NCBI GenBank assembly: GCA_965207275.1
Contig: CBDBMH010000001.1
Span: 553,244 to 617,243, forward strand
Reading direction: 5' to 3'
Source: Dehalococcoidia bacterium
GTDB taxonomy: Bacteria; Chloroflexota; Dehalococcoidia; Lucifugimonadales; UBA3495
DNA length: 64,000 nt
In this document: in pieces, positions 1 to 9,404 of the stretch
Position numbering within the stretch: the stretch's first letter is position 1
Layout: every line of letters begins with the position of its first letter
The notes under the pieces: model-generated
Databases searched by the model: none
Seen by the model: the letters and a program-made list of their open reading frames with translations, nothing else
What the model was told of the DNA's origin: nothing
Translations under genes and position numbers: made by a program

Positions 1-20
1 CGTCGAAACGGGGCTCGTTC

Positions 21-302
21 TTACGGGTCGTCATCAATGTCCTCCATTCTGAAAAGCTGGTTAAAGTCGCTCACGCCGAGGACCTTGAGCATCCGGTTGC
101 GGATGCGTCTCGATGGCGCCCGACCCCCGTTGACCAGCATGGAGACGTAGGCTGGAGTGACCCCGATCCGCCTGGCGAGCCAGGCCTGGGAGCGGTTGAG
201 CAGTTCCAGCCGCTCCCACAGGGCCGCCGCGTCGAGCCGGACGACGGTCCGTCCCCCACGCCCCCGAGGTCCCCGTACGTGATTGGTATGTTGCTTGCAC
301 AT
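21..302 (-). CDS. XRE/Cro-C1-type helix-turn-helix transcriptional regulator (93 aa)
   Basis: The ATG at 302 has a GGAGG about 9 nt upstream on the minus strand. HTH signature SQAWLARRIGVTPAYVSMLVNGGRAPS. It is the last gene of the minus-strand transfer cluster. Confidence 0.8.
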   Translation of the reverse strand: MCKQHTNHVRGPRGRGGRTVVRLDAAALWERLELLNRSQAWLARRIGVTPAYVSMLVNGGRAPSRRIRNRMLKVLGVSDFNQLFRMEDIDDDP

Positions 303-366
303 TGCTTGACTCCTCCTATCGGAAATGAGGCGATTTCGGATGATTTGGCGTTTTCCCTATTGCATT

Positions 367-1998
367 TCAACGCGCCAGGGGCAGTTGACCGGGTTCCCAG
401 TCTCCGGGTGTCCGCCAGGCCCTTCCCAGCGGCCCGGCGGATTCAAGGCCGGCCCGGTGGGACACCCGCAGGGGAACGTTGACCCCGGCCTGGCCCATCT
501 CGGCCTCCGCCTGCCGCAGGAAGCTGTCGGCGGCCATTTGGTCCTCGAAGACCACCAGAACGTCGGGCGGGAAGCCGTGGTCGTCGGTGGGCCGGCGGGT
601 GGAGTAGTAGCGCAGGTAGGGGGCCAGGCGGACGGTCATGGTGCCGGGCCTCACGGCGCGGCGCTCCCACTCCAGGAAGAAGGCCCAGGTCACGGGGCCG
701 CGCCGCAGCAGGCCGAAGGCGTCGGGGTGGACCGAGCGCGGACCGCCCTGGAAACGGAAGTGGCGGGAGGCCCGGTGGGGTGGGTCCAGCTGCGCCACCT
801 CCCACCCCAGGGCGCGGGACTGGACCGCCAGCGCCGCCAGGAAAGCATGGACGGCGGAGGTGTGGTCCAGGTTGCGGAGCAGTTGCCGGGACCTGCCGCC
901 GGAGACGTTGCGCCAGTAGAGGGGCTCGTCCTCATCCAGGGGAGAGACGCTCCACCGCTGTCTCGCCGCGCCAACGGAGGCGCGGTCGCGGCGGGCCAGC
1001 AGGGCCAGCCCCCGGTCGGTGACGGCCAGCCGCCCGCCCGCGCCCCTTGGCCTGGTCGTAAGACCGTGGCTTTCCAGGGATACCGTCAGCTGGGAAGCGC
1101 GGGGTTCCGACACGCCCAGCATCGCCGCCAGTTCCCGTCGGGACAGCCAGGGCCAGTCAGCCATCAGGTCCAGGGCCAGTTTCTGGCCGGGCCTCAGCAT
1201 TGCGGCCAGCGAGCATCTGGGCTGATCCTCGTCGCCGGGCAGTTCAGCCTTTGACAACGGCTCCTCTCCGGGAAGTTCTCCACCCGGCCGCAGCCGCTCC
1301 AGGGCGTAGCGCAGGTCCAGGCTGGCGTTCGCCGATGGGGGTCGCCAGATGCGGTGGTCGGGGCCGGCCAGCGCGGCGTCGTTTTCCAGGGCCAGCAGGG
1401 CGTTGACCGGGCTGCGGGCCAGGAGCCTGCGGGCGTGGCGAAGGCGCACCTCGTCGGGCGCCAGCGCCAGCACCAGGCCGGGCAGCGGCCCCTCGGCCAG
1501 CCGCCATATCCGCTTGGCGAAGCCGGTGCGGTCGGCGGTGGCTCCCTGCCGGAGAATGCCCAGGGAGCGCCCGCCGGGCAGCGAGATGGCGGCGTCCAGC
1601 GGCGCGGCCCGGTACCGTCGGAACCGGATGGGATGCGCGGCATTGGCGACGGTCGCGGCCAATCGATAGATCACGGCGACGGCATCCAGCCGGTCCAGCA
1701 GGATGCGCAGCCAGCGACCGGAGACGGGGAGGTCGCGCAACAGGCCGTCCACAGTATCGCCCCTGACCTCGGCCAGGCGCCGGAGTCCGGCGGCGGTGAG
1801 GTGGTAGCGGCGGGTCGTGGCGATGACGCCGGCGCCGTGGGGGATGGAAGCCAGGTATCCCCCGAGCTCCAGCTTCCCGGCGCCCCGGTAGGCCGCGCCC
1901 CGGGACCAGCCGGTGACGGCGGCCAGTTCCAGTCGGTCCACAAAGGGCATCTCGGCCAGCACCCCCAGCAGTTCCCCCTCCCAGGGCGCGGGCCTCAT
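367..1998 (-). CDS. Replication-relaxation-like protein with two winged-helix-like segments (543 aa)
   Basis: ATGA start/stop overlap with the upstream coupling-protein gene. Segments LLGVLAEMPFVDRLELAAVTGWSRGAAYRGAGKLELGGYL and DWPWLSRRELAAMLGVSEPRASQLTVSLESHGL resemble wHTH units of replication-relaxation family proteins of conjugative elements. The family call is from memory only. Confidence 0.5.
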   Translation of the reverse strand: MRPAPWEGELLGVLAEMPFVDRLELAAVTGWSRGAAYRGAGKLELGGYLASIPHGAGVIATTRRYHLTAAGLRRLAEVRGDTVDGLLRDLPVSGRWLRILLDRLDAVAVIYRLAATVANAAHPIRFRRYRAAPLDAAISLPGGRSLGILRQGATADRTGFAKRIWRLAEGPLPGLVLALAPDEVRLRHARRLLARSPVNALLALENDAALAGPDHRIWRPPSANASLDLRYALERLRPGGELPGEEPLSKAELPGDEDQPRCSLAAMLRPGQKLALDLMADWPWLSRRELAAMLGVSEPRASQLTVSLESHGLTTRPRGAGGRLAVTDRGLALLARRDRASVGAARQRWSVSPLDEDEPLYWRNVSGGRSRQLLRNLDHTSAVHAFLAALAVQSRALGWEVAQLDPPHRASRHFRFQGGPRSVHPDAFGLLRRGPVTWAFFLEWERRAVRPGTMTVRLAPYLRYYSTRRPTDDHGFPPDVLVVFEDQMAADSFLRQAEAEMGQAGVNVPLRVSHRAGLESAGPLGRAWRTPGDWEPGQLPLAR

Positions 1999-4643
1999 TC
2001 GCCACCCTCCTTATTGGCATTGGCGCCGTCGTTCCTCCTGCTGGTCTGCCGTCTCCGCTCCGCTTGATGGGGCGAGGGACTTCCGCCGTTCTGCTTTTCT
2101 GCCAGCAACCGGCGGTAGTCGCCGGCCTCCCGTTCCCCGGATTCGCCGCCTCCGGCGCCCTGGCCGCCGTTCTGCATCTCGGCCAGCAACCGGCGGTACT
2201 CACTGACCTTCTGCTCGCCGTCGGCTTCCCCCTCCATCAGACCGGACAGGTCATTGGACGGCAGAGTGTAGGCGGCGGTGGCGGAGCGGATGCGTTCTGC
2301 CACGGCGGGGTCACCGTCCTCGGGCTTGCGCACCATCATGGAGAAGGCGGGCATCCGCTCCTTTCCCACAGTGGCCCGGACGTAGCAGTGGTGCACGTCC
2401 AGCGACGTGATGTCGTCCTCGGACACCCGCTCCTTGCCCAGCTCCCACACCAGTTGACGGGCGTCGCTGCCGGCCACCTGGAACACCGCCAGGCAGCCCA
2501 CGTTGGCCAGGATGGTGTCCCGCATGGTGGGGGAGAGGTCGTCCAGCTTGGCCAGGCTCTGGGTCGCCAGGATGAAGGACGCGCCGAACTTGCCCAGCTC
2601 GCTGAGCATGGACTCGTAATCGACGCCGGGCATGGACTGCATCTCGTCCACCACCACCAATGCGCCCCGCCTTTGTGAGAATGCCAGCCCGCCCTGCTCC
2701 CTTATCACCGAGTCCACCAGGTTGAGCAGCGACGCCCCCACCAGGGCGGCCACGTCCCTCCCCACCGTTCCCTGGGAGGTGGACACCAGCAGGATGCCGC
2801 CGTCGAGGATGGTCTCCCGCAGGTCGATGGTGGAGCGGGGCTGGCCCAGGATGGCCCGCGCCCGCTTGGACGATGCGTAGTAGGAGAGTCGGGTCTGCAC
2901 CGGGGCCAGGGCCTCGGCCCGGTACTGGCGGTGCCAGCTGCCGAAGTCCCTCGCCCACCATTCCAGGATGTAGGGGTCGGAGACCTTGGCCAGCACCGAG
3001 TTGCGGTAGGGGTCATTGGACAGGAGGCGCAGCCCGTCCAGGATGGTGTGCTGCCGGTCGTCCGCCGTAGTCGGATGCTCGTTGGCCTCGTGCAGGGTCT
3101 TGACCGTCTGCTCCAGGATGGACTGCATCCTCGGCCCCCACTGCTCCCACAGGCCCCGCGCCACCCGCACGACGGAATCAGCAGTGCGGTCCCTATCGGA
3201 AAAGACGCGGGTGTCCAGCAGGTTGATGCCGGGGGCGCGGGTCTCGTCGGCCAGGTCTATCAGCCGTACCTTGTCCACCAGGGACTCGGGAACCTGTTCC
3301 AGGATTCCGGCCACCAGGTCGGCGTGGGGGTCAACCACCACGATGGCCTCGTCGTCGCGGCCCTCGGCCTTCTCGCGCAGCTTGTGGCTGACGATGTGGT
3401 GCATCAGGGTGGACTTGCCCATGCGGGTGCGTGCCACGTAGAGGTGGTGGCGGCGCAGCAGGTCCTCGGGGAAGCGGATGGGCTGCTGGGTTCCTGCCGT
3501 GGTGTCGCCCACCAGGGCGCCGCCGCTGACGCTGCGGGCCGAGGGGGACAGCGCCCGGGAGCCGGAGCGTTCCACCAGGGGCGTCTCGTCCCGCTCGCCG
3601 GGCGGGTGCCACAGCGACGCCGCTTCTCTCACTCCCAGGACGCTGCGCTTGCCGAACAACCCGGCCCCGGACGGGTGAAGGTTCATGACCGGCACGATGG
3701 GCTTCACGCCGCCGACCTTGAACCTGGCCCCGGCGGGGTGGTCGTAGTGGCGGTAGGCGGCGGCCACCGATTCCAGCACCTCGTTGGCCCGCTGCTCCCC
3801 CACGCCGTCGGGCAGGACGGCGATGATCTCCAGCTCGCCCTCGAAGGCGATGCGGCCCACCTTCTCCTTGATCAGCAGGGGGTCGTGGACCCGGTTTCTC
3901 GCCTGCTTCCAGCGCCACCAGGCCCAGCCGGCCACGGTGATGCCCAGCAGGGAGCCGGCGGCCAGCAGCGCAGTCTTGAGGATCTCCCCCTGCTGCACCC
4001 ACAGGTAGCCTCTGAGTGCAATGAGAGCGACCACGCCCAGGACGGCCATGGTCACCCCGTCCAGTTGCAGGGGCCTGGTCTGGTAGGTGTAGGAGGGGTC
4101 GGGGCGCTGGTAGCCGGGGTCCTTGAAGGCCCGCTGCTGGTGGGCCTGGGACCAGTCGGGACCCAGGGAGCGCAGCAGCAGCCGGGCCAGAACGCGCTCC
4201 CCCTCCCGCAGGTTGGAAAGGGCGCCGATGACCGACAGCAGCGGGTCGGAACCGGCGTCCAGCAGGTCGTCGTCCCGGAAGGTGCGCAGGGGCACGTACT
4301 CCGGCCCGCCGGCGCGGAGGGTCAGGCCCCAGGCGTGTTCGCCCCGGTGGACGAAGATGGGGTCCTCCTCCACCGGCACCTGCCGGATGCGGGCCTGGGG
4401 GTAGTGGGCGGAGAGTTGGCTGCGCACCACTTGGCCGTCCTGGCAGCGGGCCAGCAGGGTGACGCCGTTGGAGTCGCCCGCCAGTTCCAGGGAGAAGGGT
4501 TCGGGGACGGCGATGGACTGGAGCAGGTTCTCGACACCCAGCAGGGTACGCTCGCCGGTCCTGGGCGGCGTCACCGCCAGCAGGAAGGGAGGGCGCTTGT
4601 TGCGCCCATCGCCGAACAGCATCTTTTTGACGTTCAATTTCAT
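1995..4643 (-). CDS. Type IV secretion coupling protein (TraD/VirD4-like T4CP, 882 aa)
   Basis: Central TM segments. Walker A ARTRMGKSTLMHHIV, Walker B-like IVVVDPHADL, and a TraD/TraG C-terminal-type motif GALVVVDEMQSMPGVDYESMLSELGKFGASFILATQS. AAGAGG SD upstream. Confidence 0.8.
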   Translation of the reverse strand: MKLNVKKMLFGDGRNKRPPFLLAVTPPRTGERTLLGVENLLQSIAVPEPFSLELAGDSNGVTLLARCQDGQVVRSQLSAHYPQARIRQVPVEEDPIFVHRGEHAWGLTLRAGGPEYVPLRTFRDDDLLDAGSDPLLSVIGALSNLREGERVLARLLLRSLGPDWSQAHQQRAFKDPGYQRPDPSYTYQTRPLQLDGVTMAVLGVVALIALRGYLWVQQGEILKTALLAAGSLLGITVAGWAWWRWKQARNRVHDPLLIKEKVGRIAFEGELEIIAVLPDGVGEQRANEVLESVAAAYRHYDHPAGARFKVGGVKPIVPVMNLHPSGAGLFGKRSVLGVREAASLWHPPGERDETPLVERSGSRALSPSARSVSGGALVGDTTAGTQQPIRFPEDLLRRHHLYVARTRMGKSTLMHHIVSHKLREKAEGRDDEAIVVVDPHADLVAGILEQVPESLVDKVRLIDLADETRAPGINLLDTRVFSDRDRTADSVVRVARGLWEQWGPRMQSILEQTVKTLHEANEHPTTADDRQHTILDGLRLLSNDPYRNSVLAKVSDPYILEWWARDFGSWHRQYRAEALAPVQTRLSYYASSKRARAILGQPRSTIDLRETILDGGILLVSTSQGTVGRDVAALVGASLLNLVDSVIREQGGLAFSQRRGALVVVDEMQSMPGVDYESMLSELGKFGASFILATQSLAKLDDLSPTMRDTILANVGCLAVFQVAGSDARQLVWELGKERVSEDDITSLDVHHCYVRATVGKERMPAFSMMVRKPEDGDPAVAERIRSATAAYTLPSNDLSGLMEGEADGEQKVSEYRRLLAEMQNGGQGAGGGESGEREAGDYRRLLAEKQNGGSPSPHQAERRRQTSRRNDGANANKEGGE

Positions 4644-4677
4644 GTTGGTTGCCTCTTTCTATGGGAATTGATGGAGT

Positions 4678-6939
4678 TCAGTGCCTGGGCCCGGGCCGCC
4701 ACTCGATGACCTCGGTCTCCTCGGGTGTGGCCTCGATGCGGACGGGAAAGCGGTTGCCCCGGGCCAAGAGCAGCCCGTCCCCACGGGGACAGGACAGGAG
4801 CCAGCGTTGCAGCTCCTCGGGCAGGTCGAAGGCTTCGCCCACGGTGGAGACGGCGGCGGCGTCCTGCTGCAAGAGCAGCTTGAAGGCGGCGTTCTGGAGC
4901 AGCGCCCTGCCGCTGTGGCCGGTGATAGCCCGCGAGGAGTCCTCGGAGAGGAGGTCCTGCACGTCCTGGGTGATGAACTGCAATCCCAACCGGTGCTTGC
5001 GGGCGCGTTTCGCCATCGAGACCATGAAGGCGGCCCCCTCCGGGTGCTGCATGATGCTCCACACCTCGTCCACCACCAGCAGCCGGGGCCGGGGGTCCTG
5101 GGCGGCAGCGGCCCACACCGTCTCGGTGCAGACCATCGCGGCGGCGGGACGCAACTCCGGTTCCAGCAGGTGCAGGTCGAAGACGGTGACCAACGCCTCG
5201 CGGGCCAGCAGGTCGTCGCCTTCGTCGGAGAGCAGGTCCCGCAGGCTGCCGGTGGCGAAGGGCCGCAGCAGATGGGCGATCTCCGGGGTCTCCTCTCGCA
5301 GGAAGGCGTAGAAGTCGCGGAAGCCGGTGCGCTCCCGCCTTTCGGAGTAGTAACCGGCCAGGGCGTGGTCCAGGGAGGAACGCCGCTCGGCGGACAGCCT
5401 TTCCCCCACCATCACTTCAATCAACCGCCGCAGGCTGCCGATGCGCTGGAGGAGTTCCTCCGAATCTCCCCGGTCGATGACGAAGGGGTTCATGCCCTGG
5501 CCGGGGACGCCGGGGGAGAGGACACGCCCACCGGCGGCCCTTGCCATGTCGGTGTACTCGCCCTCGGGGTCGATGATGTAGGCCCGCACGCCCCGGCACA
5601 GCCCCCGCAGCACCCCCAGCTTGGTGGCAAAGGACTTGCCCGAACCGGAACGGGCCAGCACCGCCGTGTTTGCGTTGAGATGGGTGCCGTCGAAGGGGTC
5701 GTACACGATGGGGGCGCAGGCACGTAGGTCGATGCCGTAGAGGGTGCCGCTCCTGGTGTCCAGGTCCGGCGGCGAGAAGGGGAACAACCGCGCCAGTGAC
5801 GACGTGTCCAGCGTCCGCCACACCGCCACGGCGTTCAGGCCCAGGGGCAGGGTGGACAGCAGGCCCTCTCGCTGCCGGAAGGCCAGGTTGTCCAGCTTGC
5901 CCAGGGTGGCGGCGAAGTGGGCCCGGGCCTTCTGGGTCAGGTCCTTCAACGTGTCCTGGTCGTCGGCGTGCAATGTCACCGACAATGAGGCGTGGAACAG
6001 CCTTTCCCGGCCCCGCTGCACCTCGTCCCTGAGCCGCGACACGTCCTCCAGGGCGATCTCCGCCTCCGGCGACATGGAGCGGCCCCGCTTGAATGAGAGG
6101 GACTGGGCCGACTCGAAGCGGACCTTCTGCCATTCCAGGGTGCGGGCCGCCTGCTCCGTGGGTATGGCGCCCAAATGGATCGACAGGTCCATGGGCGCTC
6201 CGGCGGCCATTAGCCCTTGCAGGAAGCCGGGGGCTAATGACCTGGGCCACTTGCCCAGGTGCAGGGAGCGCACCAGCTTCCCGCCGATGCGGATGTCGCG
6301 GCGGTTGACCTCGACCTCCGTCTCGGCGTCCTCGTCCATTTCGTCGGGCGAGCCTCCCAGAGCGCAGGCCAGCAGCAGCAATTTCAGGGTTTCGCCGTTC
6401 AGGGGATACACCCCGAGACCGGCCCGGACCAGCAGCCCCCTCAGCTCGTCGGCGCGGGCATGCTCGCACACGGCGTAGAACCGCCGGTCCAGGATTCCCT
6501 CCCGGGTCTCCAGCGTGGTCAGCAGCCGTCCCAGGCTGTCGGCGGCGTCTTTCGTCTGCTGGGGGAGGTCATGGGGCTGGGCCTCGGTCAATTTGTCCCT
6601 CAAGCCCTGCAAGACCGGCGGGTGCTGCCTTACCAGCAGTTGCACCGGGAAGTCCACCGCGTTCAGGGAACCAGCGAAGGCGCCCAGCTTGGGCTCGTCC
6701 AGCTCCAGACCCATCACCTCCAGCACCGCCAGCTTCACCCCGTCCAGCCTGACCGGTCCGTCGTCCTCCAGGTGGGACAGCATGAAGAACAGGGGCAGGG
6801 GCGGCGGCAGCTTGGGTTCGACAGTAGCTTCCGCCGCCGTTTCGTCGGTCTCATCAGGTTGGGACCGGCCCGGCGGCCAGCGCCGGGCCAGGTCCTTCAG
6901 GTCCTTCGGGTTGGGTAGTGTCAGTTTCATAGTCGTCAA
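4678..6939 (-). CDS. VirB4/TraE-family conjugal transfer ATPase (753 aa)
   Basis: Walker A ARSGSGKSFATKLGVL and Walker B LLVVDEVWSIM, followed by ARKHRLGLQFITQDVQDLL. AAAGGAG SD. Sits between membrane components and the T4CP. Confidence 0.85.
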   Translation of the reverse strand: MTTMKLTLPNPKDLKDLARRWPPGRSQPDETDETAAEATVEPKLPPPLPLFFMLSHLEDDGPVRLDGVKLAVLEVMGLELDEPKLGAFAGSLNAVDFPVQLLVRQHPPVLQGLRDKLTEAQPHDLPQQTKDAADSLGRLLTTLETREGILDRRFYAVCEHARADELRGLLVRAGLGVYPLNGETLKLLLLACALGGSPDEMDEDAETEVEVNRRDIRIGGKLVRSLHLGKWPRSLAPGFLQGLMAAGAPMDLSIHLGAIPTEQAARTLEWQKVRFESAQSLSFKRGRSMSPEAEIALEDVSRLRDEVQRGRERLFHASLSVTLHADDQDTLKDLTQKARAHFAATLGKLDNLAFRQREGLLSTLPLGLNAVAVWRTLDTSSLARLFPFSPPDLDTRSGTLYGIDLRACAPIVYDPFDGTHLNANTAVLARSGSGKSFATKLGVLRGLCRGVRAYIIDPEGEYTDMARAAGGRVLSPGVPGQGMNPFVIDRGDSEELLQRIGSLRRLIEVMVGERLSAERRSSLDHALAGYYSERRERTGFRDFYAFLREETPEIAHLLRPFATGSLRDLLSDEGDDLLAREALVTVFDLHLLEPELRPAAAMVCTETVWAAAAQDPRPRLLVVDEVWSIMQHPEGAAFMVSMAKRARKHRLGLQFITQDVQDLLSEDSSRAITGHSGRALLQNAAFKLLLQQDAAAVSTVGEAFDLPEELQRWLLSCPRGDGLLLARGNRFPVRIEATPEETEVIEWRPGPRH

Positions 6940-6951
6940 CTCCTTTCTGGC

Positions 6952-7281
6952 CTATGGGATGGGAAAGACCTCGATGATGCGGCTGTTGATGGCGACGGCG
7001 ATGCCCTTGGCCAGCAGCACCACCACCAGGCCGACCACGGCCATAATTACGGCGTTCCTGGCCCGGCCCCTGTTCTCGCCCTCGGCGCCCTCGGCCATCA
7101 GGACGAACCCGGCCCAGACCAGGGCGAAGAAGCACAGGCCCACCCCGGCGTAGGCCATTCCCGTCAGCACGTTGTCGAAGGCGGCCTGCATCGCGGCCTT
7201 CTTTTCCCCGGTTGTCCCGGCGGCGACGGAGACCAGCGCCGCCGCCGGGGACAGGAGGATGGCGGGAATGCGCCCTACCAC
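6952..7281 (-). CDS. Small hydrophobic T4SS-associated membrane protein (pilin/VirB2-like topology)
   Basis: This is the C-terminal part of ORF 6952..7938. It has three hydrophobic helices: IPAILLSPAAALVSVAAG, MAYAGVGLCFFALVWAGFVLMA and AVIMAVVGLVVVLLAKGIAV. A putative GTG start overlaps the upstream stop (GTGGTAG). An alternative ATG lies at 7191, so the start is uncertain. Confidence 0.45.
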   Translation of the reverse strand: MVGRIPAILLSPAAALVSVAAGTTGEKKAAMQAAFDNVLTGMAYAGVGLCFFALVWAGFVLMAEGAEGENRGRARNAVIMAVVGLVVVLLAKGIAVAINSRIIEVFPIP

Positions 7282-8936
7282 GGAAAACCCCACCAGGAGG
7301 AATCGCCCACGGTGGTCTGCTCCGCTTTGGGCGGCTCCGGGGTGGGAGCGGGCACCACCAGCCCCGCGTAGGGGGCGTCGGCTCCCAGGCCCAGGGACCG
7401 GACCTGGCCCGTAATCGGGGTGGGGGCCAGGGCAATGGTCTCGGTGCGGGAGGGGGTTACGGCGCTGCGCTCCGTCTCCACTGCCCGCACGTGCTCCGGG
7501 TGATGGACCCGTATGCGCACCGTCTTGATGGTGGTGCTTTCGCCGCACCGGCACGTCACCCGCCGGGTGTAGACGTCGGTGCGCGCCGGGTGGTGGGTGG
7601 TCTGCAACATGGGCGGCAGCGGCACGTTCAGCGCCGCCGTAAGCTCCGCCGTGATCTCCAGTTCGTGGACCGCCTTCTCGTCGGGCACGGTCAGGGTGAA
7701 ATTGGTCTCGCCGCCCTGGACGAAGCTGGCGCTGGTCGTGTTGGAACCGGCGGATACGCTGACCGTTCCGGTAACGCCGGTGACGGTGGCGTCCAGCAGG
7801 GCCGGGACCGACTGGCTGAAGTGGCCGCCGTAGACCGGCAGATCCACCTCCTGGCGGGTCTCGGCGATGCACTCCGAGGCTATGACGCCGGTGATTGCCC
7901 CGGGCGTCCACTCCAGGGAGGTCATTGCCAGGTCGCACAGCTCCCCGTCGGCCTCGGGCAGGGGGTAGGGGATCTGGTTGCTCTTCAGGGACACCGCCCC
8001 GCTGCGGCCCAGGGCGTCCACCCAGGAGAAGGTGAGGGACGGCGAGGGTCCGTCCAGGGAGAGGTTGTAGCTCTTGGACTGCCCGGCGCTCATGGGAGTG
8101 TTGAACCCCATGCGCAGGGTCCGGCCGCTCCTGCCGCCGTAGGCTCTCCCCCGCAGGTGCAACTCGTGGGCCGCGCGGAGGGTGACGTTGGCGTGGTTGG
8201 CGGTTACGCTGATGCCCTCGATGAAGACTCGCCGCCCCGGCGCCGGGTCCGGCGGGACGAAGTAGATTTCGCCCAGCCGCCAGGCGTCTCCGTAGGGCTG
8301 GTCCTCGGGTTCGTCCTCGGTTTGGTCATCCGGGTCGTCGGCCAGGGCGCCGCCGGGCAGCAGCACCAGGGCCAGCACCGCCAGCGCGCCCACCCCGGCC
8401 ACGGCCAGGAACCGGCTCCACGGTTTCCTGTGCTTGACCATTTCGCGTTCGGTCCGAGGCCGGTTGGCGTCGGCGTCCCTGGAACGGCGGCCCTTGCCGA
8501 ACCAGCTGTGGGGGCGGAAGGGGCGCCGCCCCTTCTGCCGCGCCGCCTTCACCGCATTGCCCACCTTGCCCACCGCCTTCTTCGCCAGCAGCCGCAGCGG
8601 GTCGGGCTTGGCCTCCGGCACGGGCGGCGGCTCGCTGATTGCCAGCTCCGCCGGACAGCCGGCGTAGAGCCGGGCCCCCAGCTTGAACTTCAGCAGGTCG
8701 GCGGCCACCAGGGGCAGCCCCCGGCCGCCCACCTTGCCCACGGTCATGGCGATGCCCGTGATTCCCAGCAAGATGGCGATGCCCAGCTTCAGCCCCGAGG
8801 GGCCGAAGGGGAAGTAGCGGTATACGCCGTAGGCCACGGCGCAGGTCGCCACCACCGCCACGATCTGGGGGAAGGTGAACCACAGCAGCGCCTTGTCCTC
8901 GGCCTGCACGTGGGTTGGTACTTCGTGCTCTCTCAT
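7275..8936 (-). CDS. PrgI/VirB3-like membrane protein with a large C-terminal extracytoplasmic extension (553 aa)
   Basis: The N-terminus VPTHVQAEDKALLWFTFPQIVAVVATCAVAYGVYRYF plus a second TM helix matches the PrgI-family pattern. AGGAGGGAAGGA SD. The remaining ~400 aa are uncharacterised. Confidence 0.6.
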   Translation of the reverse strand: MREHEVPTHVQAEDKALLWFTFPQIVAVVATCAVAYGVYRYFPFGPSGLKLGIAILLGITGIAMTVGKVGGRGLPLVAADLLKFKLGARLYAGCPAELAISEPPPVPEAKPDPLRLLAKKAVGKVGNAVKAARQKGRRPFRPHSWFGKGRRSRDADANRPRTEREMVKHRKPWSRFLAVAGVGALAVLALVLLPGGALADDPDDQTEDEPEDQPYGDAWRLGEIYFVPPDPAPGRRVFIEGISVTANHANVTLRAAHELHLRGRAYGGRSGRTLRMGFNTPMSAGQSKSYNLSLDGPSPSLTFSWVDALGRSGAVSLKSNQIPYPLPEADGELCDLAMTSLEWTPGAITGVIASECIAETRQEVDLPVYGGHFSQSVPALLDATVTGVTGTVSVSAGSNTTSASFVQGGETNFTLTVPDEKAVHELEITAELTAALNVPLPPMLQTTHHPARTDVYTRRVTCRCGESTTIKTVRIRVHHPEHVRAVETERSAVTPSRTETIALAPTPITGQVRSLGLGADAPYAGLVVPAPTPEPPKAEQTTVGDSSWWGFPW

Positions 8937-8946
8937 TCCTTCCCTC

Positions 8947-9261
8947 CTATCCGCCGCCGGGTGGTTCGGGGGTGCCGGAGGGGGTGGTGCCGCTGTTGCT
9001 GGGGTCGGGCACGTCCAGGTCCACCGGCGAGCCGACGACGGCGTTGATCACCAGCTCGACGACGCCATAAGCGACGAGGGCCAGCACGATGCCGGCCAGG
9101 GCGGTCATCATGGCGGACTTGCCGCGCTCCATCTGGTTGGGCGCGCCGGAGGCGGTGAGGTACATGTAGGCGCCGTATATGAAATAGCCAACGCCGACTA
9201 CTCCCACCAACCCCAGCAGGATGCCCACCAGGTTGGAAATTGTTTGTGTCAGGTCTCCCAT
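8947..9261 (-). CDS. T4SS pilin-like small membrane protein (104 aa)
   Basis: Two TM helices (LVGILLGLVGVVGVGYFIYGAYMYL and AMMTALAGIVLALVAYGVVELVI) flank a short loop, as in TrbC/VirB2-type pilins. AAGGAGAG SD. Confidence 0.55.
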   Translation of the reverse strand: MGDLTQTISNLVGILLGLVGVVGVGYFIYGAYMYLTASGAPNQMERGKSAMMTALAGIVLALVAYGVVELVINAVVGSPVDLDVPDPSNSGTTPSGTPEPPGGG

Positions 9262-9404
9262 AGATTTCTCTCCTTGCGTGTTCAGGCTTGGTCCGTTCAG
9301 CTGCTGATTGGGCGGTCAGCTCCGTTGTCCTACTGGCACATGGCTCCACCTCCCGGGATGGATGGCGGCGCGAGACAGGTCCGCGCCCGTAGTTGTCGTT
9401 GCTG

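Noticed and set aside
2931-4709. 592-aa plus-strand ORF antisense to the coupling-protein gene
   Set aside because: It is a typical high-GC shadow ORF: Gly/Arg/Ala/Pro/Val-rich, with no motifs, and fully overlapped by a motif-bearing gene on the other strand. The same applies to 325..1254, 4681..5727, 9393..11195, 15107..16183, 22108..24369 and 29653..30861.
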